Source: the human T2T-CHM13v2.0 reference genome, Homo sapiens. Taken from it: a stretch of DNA of 64,000 bases. The translations under genes were made by a program, and so were the position numbers. Each line of letters begins with the position of its first letter. Within the stretch, counting starts at the first letter, position 1. Shown piece by piece: positions 56,501-64,000 of the stretch. The stretch lies in the NCBI RefSeq assembly GCF_009914755.1, contig NC_060926.1, one strand, 5' to 3'. Under the pieces are notes generated by a model. The model was not told the DNA's origin. It saw only the letters and a list, made by a program, of their open reading frames with translations, and did no database searches.

Positions 56501-58639
56501 GGAGCAGGCAAGAAAGGAGGCCAGGCTCTAGTTAAGAAGAGATTAATTATGGTTTGGAGAGAGCTGTCCATTCATAACTGGCGGGCTACAGAGGGCAGAA
56601 ATCATTCCCCAATGGGAGAAATTGTTAAGAGATTGAGTGAACTCCAACTATGAAGGCCTATCAACGGACAGAAGGCAGGGCGTAGAGAATGTTGTGATTT
56701 AGAAGTTATACAGCCAAGTACCTTCTAGGTACACCTGTGCTGTCAGACTATTAGAACAAGAGCCAATTCAAAGTTCTATTCAACTTTGAGACTTAGGCTG
56801 CCAGTATTCCCACCAGGTCACATTTGGCTAAGACAGCTTTACACAGAGAAATGAAGGTCATCAGCATAAAGACAGAGATGTTCAGAGCTTAAGGAGGAAA
56901 AGTAGACAATATCATATGAGGACAGAAAGAGGCACGGGGATGCATAACACTGTATTAAGATGAATATTACAAAGCTGAAACAAAGAGTTTTTAAATTCTA
57001 ATTTGCATTTCCAAAAGTTATATGCACAGATACTTGCACTGCTTCATTTCCTCTCTACATGGGGGTCTGGGTGGCTATCTGGAAGAAAAGAAAAAAGCTT
57101 ATCAATTTTTTTTTTAGTGCCCTATTGAACACATCACTGCATTTTAATCTGGGACAGATGGTGGAAAATGGCATCTGGTTAATCAGGGGTTCATAGATTA
57201 TTTGGTGATACAACTTAACTGTGCTGATGAAGAAATGAGAAATTTTGTCTCTTCCCTAGAGCAGCATTATAAAGCATCCTTCCTGGTGTTTAAAATTGAT
57301 TGTGCATTCTATTGGTTAAAGAGTGGCATTTTGAAAATAAAATTAGGGCTGATTTGCATTTGTGTTGAAACAGTTGCACAGGCATTTGATAAGAATAGTT
57401 CTTTTTTCTTTTAGAACACATTTACAGTTTGCATTTATTTATATTAACTCAATGTTTTATTCAACATTGTTTTAAAAGACAAGACAAACATGGATATAAT
57501 TACTCATAAAGAAAATAACTCTTATGAGTGAGAATGATTACTATGTATTTCATTTGGGAAAATAAAACACAATTTTTTTTATTAATAAGGACACAGGCAA
57601 TACTTCAGTAAATGTACCAAGGTAATTCAATTTTATAACGGACAATTTTAAAAGGCATTTTGAAACATTATATATTATTAATTTTTACATCTAGAATTGT
57701 ACTTGTAGATGCCATCAGAATACTCGATCAATATCTGTTTATTCAGATTTAAGCTCCATGACTTAGTTGCATTACATTTAATTTATGTGTATTTCCTTGA
57801 TTCACAGTCTGTAGTAAATTCTGATTGCTTACACCTGGGCAAAATGTCTTTAAAATTGTCAATAACTTCCAGGCAGTAAAAAAAATGAATTGCATGTTGA
57901 TGGTAAAAGAAAACAAACTGCTACATGTGATGCATGCAGATTTATTAACTAAATAAGTCTTCATTCCTCCTCCAAGTATGATTGAAATTTATAGTCTTGC
58001 TAGAAAACTCTATTTTCCAAGAAAGTGTTTGCAAAGACATTTGTACAGTAATTAAAATAGTTACTTTTCCAGTAATTATAATAGGGAACTTGGAAATATG
58101 CAAAATAATAATCTTATTTTATTTATGGTATATCATATTATCTTTGAAAAGCAACTCAGGTGACATGATGTTTAAAAGTTTTAATCTCCTAAATGAAAAA
58201 TATGTTGCTATTGTAGAATTGGTCTTGTAAGATGGTGTCAGAGACAAAAATCATAGGAAAGTTCATAGATTTTTTTAATTTTTAAGTTATTTCACGTAAA
58301 TCATCAATGGACTCTAGGAAGACATAATCCCTCCCACCCCTACCACACACACATACGAAAAACTTTACATTTTAAAAGGCCAGGCAAATACTACTGAGAC
58401 AGAGAAATATATAGTAAGCACCTGGTTGTAAATTTAACCATAACCATCCAGAAAGATCAGTTATAAAATGGACATTCTGGGCTGAGTATCAATGGTTACA
58501 TAAATTGAACTTTGTCAGGAAAGGGAGGGAACTGAGTTTCTAAGTGGGCCAGAGGTGAAAAGCAGGTTTTGTGAAACACCTAGGGATGCTGCAGTTGAAT
58601 AGCCTGCAATTGGAAGGTAGATCTAAGAAGTAAAAATAC

Positions 58640-58670
<31 letters not shown>

Positions 58671-58879
58671 AAGATACTACTTTGTTATAAAATACCTTGA
58701 CGATTCTGTGCTGATGATACATGAATCAGCCTCCTCCCATCAGTACAGTGAACTTGGTCAATGAACTGACTCTAATGTGTGCTTCTTTGCCCCAAACAGT
58801 CATAGGGCAGAAGGTCTAAGCTTTAGAAGTTGAATCCTATGGGAGAGGGCATAGCATTCATGTACCATGACAGACACAT

Positions 58880-59830
58880 GTTCATTCTCTGCCCCATAAG
58901 GGGCAAACACCATTCTGGGTACTTAGGGCATGAACGTGAAAAAAATAGACCAAAGTTTTGAGGTGTGGGGTATATATTACAAGAAGAGAAGAGAGAGCAC
59001 AAACATATAAACAAATAAATAAACATGTTCCAGATGGCAATAAATTTTATAAAAATAACAAAACAGGGTAAGGAGGATAGAAAATACAAGGATGCTATTT
59101 TAGAGAAGGTGATCAGGAAAGATCTTCCAGGCACAGTGACATTTGACAGAGATGTAGAGGAAGTAAACCATGAGCTATGTGGATGTTCTAGGGAAGTGTA
59201 CTACTGGCAAAGGAAACAGCAGGAACAGCTCGGAGAGTTTCTGTTTAAGGACCAGCAAGGCAGGCAGCAAGTGAGGCTGCAGGGCTGTGGGCAGAAGGAG
59301 GATGATGGAAGATGATGGCTCAGAGCTGGTGATAACAAAGAGGCGAGATCAATCAGAACCTTTTGGCCGCTCTAGGAAACTTGGCTTTTCTTTTCACTGA
59401 GGCAAGAGGCCACTGGACATTTTTGAGTAGAGTGATGTGATCTGGTTTCTCTTTTAAATAGCTTATTTTAGCTACTCTGAGGAAACTGAAAAGAAGGAAG
59501 ACAACAACAAGCTGTTGCAACAATTCAGACCAAGGGTGCTAAGAGTTTGGACCACATTGCTAACAACAGTAGTGAGAAATCAGTGCCTATTCTGATGTGA
59601 GTCAATGGGATTTGCTGATAGACTGGGGGTAGTGTGTGATAGGAGAGAGAAGTGAAGAGAAGTAATCCATGACGCCAAGTTTTCTGATCCACATAATTAA
59701 AAGGATGGAGCTACCATTTACTGAAATGGAGTTGATAATGGGAAAAAAGTAAATCTGAAGTCCATTTGGGGGCCATAATTATTTTGAGATACTTCTTAGC
59801 TATTCGTGGACAGATCAAAAGATGTGACAT
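58880..59830 (-). mobile_element. L2a
   Basis: gatcaggaaagatctt...gtgacatttga...ggatggagctaccatttactgaaatgg. Confidence 0.75.
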
Positions 59831-60239
59831 GCTTATCTTGAAAAAAAAAAAAAAAACTAAAGAATGAATGAACTAGAGGAATATGGTAAGATTACCAGAT
59901 AGGCCTAAAAATCACCAGAGTTTGTGAATTTCCTCCAGTGGATTAAAAACTCCACCAGAAATAAGAACAATTGAGTTAGAGCAAGAAGGTAGGGATGTTT
60001 GGTGAAGTGGTTAAGGTTTGGAAAAATACTTAGAAATATTTTATCTTCTAAACATTATAGGGGTAGGGATGTTATGGCCAACTGTGTGGCTTGGAAAAGT
60101 TCCTTAATTAATTCTCATTGCTTCTACTCAGTACGCAGTTCTTATAAATCAGAGAGAACATCTCTTTCAGGTTGTATCAGGAGCATTCTCAAACTAACAC
60201 TCATAAATCGGCAATTTAGGCAGGGAGGAAAGGAATATT

Positions 60240-60430
60240 CACCGATTACCTGCTATATTCCAGACACCGTGCATGCCGCTTCACACATATTATCTTAATT
60301 GATCTTCCCGACACATTTTCGATGTGGAAACTCTTATTTTCATTTTAGAGGTGAATAAAGGTTAAAGGTTAAAGATTCACCTACTTAACATAGCTGGGCA
60401 GGGATAGAGCATGGAATTTGCCTTACCTGC
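60240..60430 (-). mobile_element. MIR
   Basis: ctatattccagacaccgtgc...cattttagaggtga. Confidence 0.65.
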
Positions 60431-60590
60431 CATCATTTCCATCTGAAGAAGTTGAAAAGCTGTCTCCAAATATTTTGGTATGAGATGGGGTACATAAATA
60501 CTTGTTAATAACTTGTTCGACTGCATTATGTCTAGACAAGAATATATTAAATTTGGAAAAGAAATAATTTTAGGAGTGTAAGCTTTATGA

Positions 60591-60992
<402 letters not shown>

Positions 60993-61899
60993 TAGGAGTT
61001 ATGTGCTCCATAGTTAAATAAGATACAGTTCTTGTTCTTGAGAATTTCCTATTTTATATATATAGACAGCCAGATAATAGCACACTGTTTCTACTTTAAA
61101 GGCTGCACTCCTCTTGCCTGTTTAATATTCAACTGCCTATAATCCAGGGCTTTGCAAAAAATCATTCACTGCTTTTTTGCAGTGATCAGTTAATCAAGCA
61201 GAGCCACAAAGGGACTCAAGCAAGGGTAGTAGAAGGCTGGCTTCTGGAATACAGGAAAAGCCTCTGTTTGCCAGAGCCCAAGGTTTTAAATACAGACAAA
61301 GTCAAAGGCTGGGAAGAAAGCAATGTGCGCTCATAGATAGCATGGACCCAGGAGATCAGCCCCAGGGATGGAGATCAGATGGAAGCCAACATTGCTGGTC
61401 TAAATAGAGGCAGACCAAGTTTAGAAATTGAAGCACAGAAGTTCAACTGTTTCAAAGAGATTTACTGCAGCTTTGAAAAACACGAACTGAAAATCAGGGG
61501 TGAGTGTGGCAGGGCCCACAAGCTCTCAAAGAAAGAGAGGGAAGCGCTAACTGGGCAGCTTCTTTGGCTTCTTAGGCTTTAGACCCTTCTGAAGATGCTG
61601 TATATCTTTCTCTATCAGGACCCAGGGAAGTTGGGTTGTTCCCTGGGAATACTTACTGCTGCACCAGGAGGAAGAGACAGCTACAGTGCCCTAAGTCCCC
61701 AGCTCCAGTAGCCCTTAAGGATCCCTGGTCTACTTCAGCTCCTCTTTCGAAGCTGCCTCACTCTGAGTAGTTTTTTCTCCCTCTAAGAGAGGCCTATTAC
61801 CCTTGCTGCTGCTGCTGGTGGTGGTGGGGGTGTCCTAGATTTGTCTAGTTGTTTGAGTTTGGGGGCTAGATCTTGTATTGGAGTTGAACTTCAACTTTT

Positions 61900-63200
61900 T
61901 TTAAGGGGCAAGGCTCTTGACTGAAATTTCTTTGGTAAACTCTTGTTCCTAGAAAAAATCCAGCATTTGGCTCCCTTTCATTGACCTTTTCATTCTGTGG
62001 ATACTAAGCCTCATTGATCTCCCAGCTAGATTCACATGCCTTGGGATATTGCCTGGTTCTAGGAGGGACAGTAGGTCATATCATGATAGCAGTGGATGAG
62101 CATGGTGCTGTGAGGCTGGCTGAAGTGGCCCTCGATAAAGGTCAGAAACAATAGGCAGAAGGGTACACCATTTATACCTACTGGTAAAGTCCATTGGTAG
62201 CCCATGGCTGGACAGAAAAGCAATAGCCCCTTTCAGAGGATGGAAGTTAAAGTACTAGTTATAAAACTAAAGAAAATATTTAGGCCACTGGAAGTAATGG
62301 TTCATTATGATTATTAAAACAACAATGACAACCTGCAGGCTAAGGATGTCTTTAAGATATTGTAGAATGCCTGAGTAGATAAAATATGAGGCAAAATAAA
62401 TGGCAGGGAATAAATGGATCTGATAAGTGGATGACTTACTATCCAAGATGTAGCATAATTTCCACAAGGCTATATTCTAAAATATGCAGTTAATGCCATA
62501 AGCACAAAAGTATAAAATGCACTGGGATCTCAATATGCCAAATGCACTTTAGAGTCCAGTGGGCTTGATCTTGCTGAGGATGGCCATGCCTCAACAGATT
62601 TTAGTCTCCTAGACCTTAGGTCATTTGTATTATCTGATAGCATAAAGGTATGTGGCATCATGGAATGAGCTAAGTACCACATTGGAGAAATCTCCCCGGA
62701 TACCCAATGATCCCCAGGACATTTCATTCTGTTCATATCCCAGTACCAGCAGAAGACAGAGCAATCTCAGATGCAGCCTCTGCCAATCTCGAGATTCCTT
62801 CTGCCAGATCTTTATGTCATCTCAGAAGAATAGTATTTTTTTTTGTATCCTTGTCCTAGATCCACTTCACACTGTGTTAAGCAAAGTGGCTGAGAAAATG
62901 CAGAGTTATTTCAGGCTGAGACCTATATCGGATAATCATAAGGGCTGTGTACACCATAGGATGGAATTCACTTGCTTTATTTTTCAACATTTAACACAGT
63001 GAAAGATTTAAACATAAATTATTTGATTGGCTCACTCACTTACTTGCAAGGAAGCTCCTGAATCACTGTATGATCCCCATGCTCCCCCAACCAATTCCTG
63101 AAACTTGGAACCGAAGCATTATTTTGGAAACACCAATGCAACAGAAATACATGCTATTACCCTGGGGCCAGTACACCTTATTCTGACCCATGCTTCCCTC
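61900..63200 (-). pseudogene. Possible very decayed Ty3/Gypsy pol (integrase) remnant
   Basis: Frameshifted minus-strand motifs VVLIIIMNHYFQW, NGVP-IVSD..RGP, A*YPQNE-GQ-ER-SQML; DSGAS upstream. Confidence 0.35.
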
Positions 63201-63502
63201 TCTCTAGGATTGCTCTCCACGGGGAAATGTATCTTGTTCTTTGGCCATTCTCATGCAGAGACACTGTTCCTTCCCCATGTACCTGTTAGGATTCAGAACA
63301 AGAAGTCACTTAACTCTTTTTACGTCGAATAGTTAAGAGTACACAATTATTCAGGAAATTGTAACTTTGATGTATTTAAATATAAGAAGCATCTGCTTGG
63401 AATCTGACCCACGTTTGTAGTTCATGGGTCAATCAGAAAATTAGGCAGGGTTTTAAATGATGTTTTCACTGCTCTGCAAGGTGCAGGCTAAAACCTTTCC
63501 TC

Positions 63503-63767
63503 TTCACTCATAGGTGGGAATTGAACAATGAGAACACATGGACACAGGAAGGGGAACATCACATTCTGGGGACTGTTGTGGGGTGGGGGGCGGGGGGAGG
63601 GATAGCATTAGGAGATATACCTAATGCTAAATGACGAGTTAATGGGTGCAGCACACCAGCATGGCACATGTATATATATGTAACTAACCTGCACATTGTG
63701 CACATGTACCCTAAAACTTAAAGTATAATAATAAAAAAATAAAATAAAATAAAATAAAAAGAAAGAA
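63503..63767 (+). mobile_element. 5'-truncated young L1 (L1PA3-like) 3' UTR with A tail
   Basis: gacgagttaatgggtgcagcacaccagcatgg (non-Ta GAG diagnostic), G-rich tract, (AAAAT)n tail. Confidence 0.92.
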
Positions 63768-63960
63768 CTCACCCAGTGCAGCTCCCTTCTTCCAAGTGTT
63801 GACTCTTCTCCAGAATTTGCTTGCTTTTGTCACTCGCCAGTGCCTTCAGGTGGCTGTTTTGTAGTTTTTCCAGCATTTATAGTTATTTTCTTTGGGAAGG
63901 GCAGTCTGATTGAAGCTTATTCACACATTTTGAAGGCATCCCTGAGGAAACAGGAAGAAA
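63768..63960 (-). mobile_element. Old L1M 5'-end fragment
   Basis: tttttccagcatttatagttattttctttgggaagggcag resembles antisense L1M 5' ends. Confidence 0.45.
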
Positions 63961-64000
63961 AATTTGCACTGTTAACCCTTTGCCTTGCGATCAAAAAGTT

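Noticed and set aside
56160-56650. Possible ancient LTR
   Set aside because: Purine-rich and LTR-like, but no termini or family can be assigned
57222-57356. C/D-box snoRNA (TGATGA...CTGA); similar C box at ~55258
   Set aside because: No terminal stem or recognisable guide; such motifs are expected by chance

Overview
Primate (human-like) AT-rich intronic or intergenic DNA, not prokaryotic. I find no supportable protein-coding gene, RNA gene, CpG island or CRISPR array. The window is a layered deposit of mobile elements: about 22 Alu copies or fragments, L1, L2, MIR, hAT and Tc1/mariner DNA transposons, MaLR LTRs, and ERV1/ERVL solo LTRs. Most notable: (1) a two-LTR, TSD-flanked, internally deleted MER50/HERV-FRD-type provirus (37389-42715, minus) with a tRNA-His PBS and an env TM remnant closely resembling syncytin-2; (2) an LTR16C-associated ERVL pol fossil (RT-RNaseH-IN-dUTPase) split by younger insertions; (3) a collapsed head-to-head Alu palindrome at 52098-52258; (4) an old L1MA twin-priming inversion; (5) a possible very decayed Ty3/Gypsy integrase remnant near 62 kb; (6) three candidate exons with strong splice signals. 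I see no convincing evidence of a wholly new biological system. Repeat subfamily names come from recalled consensus sequences, and boundaries of the old elements are approximate.
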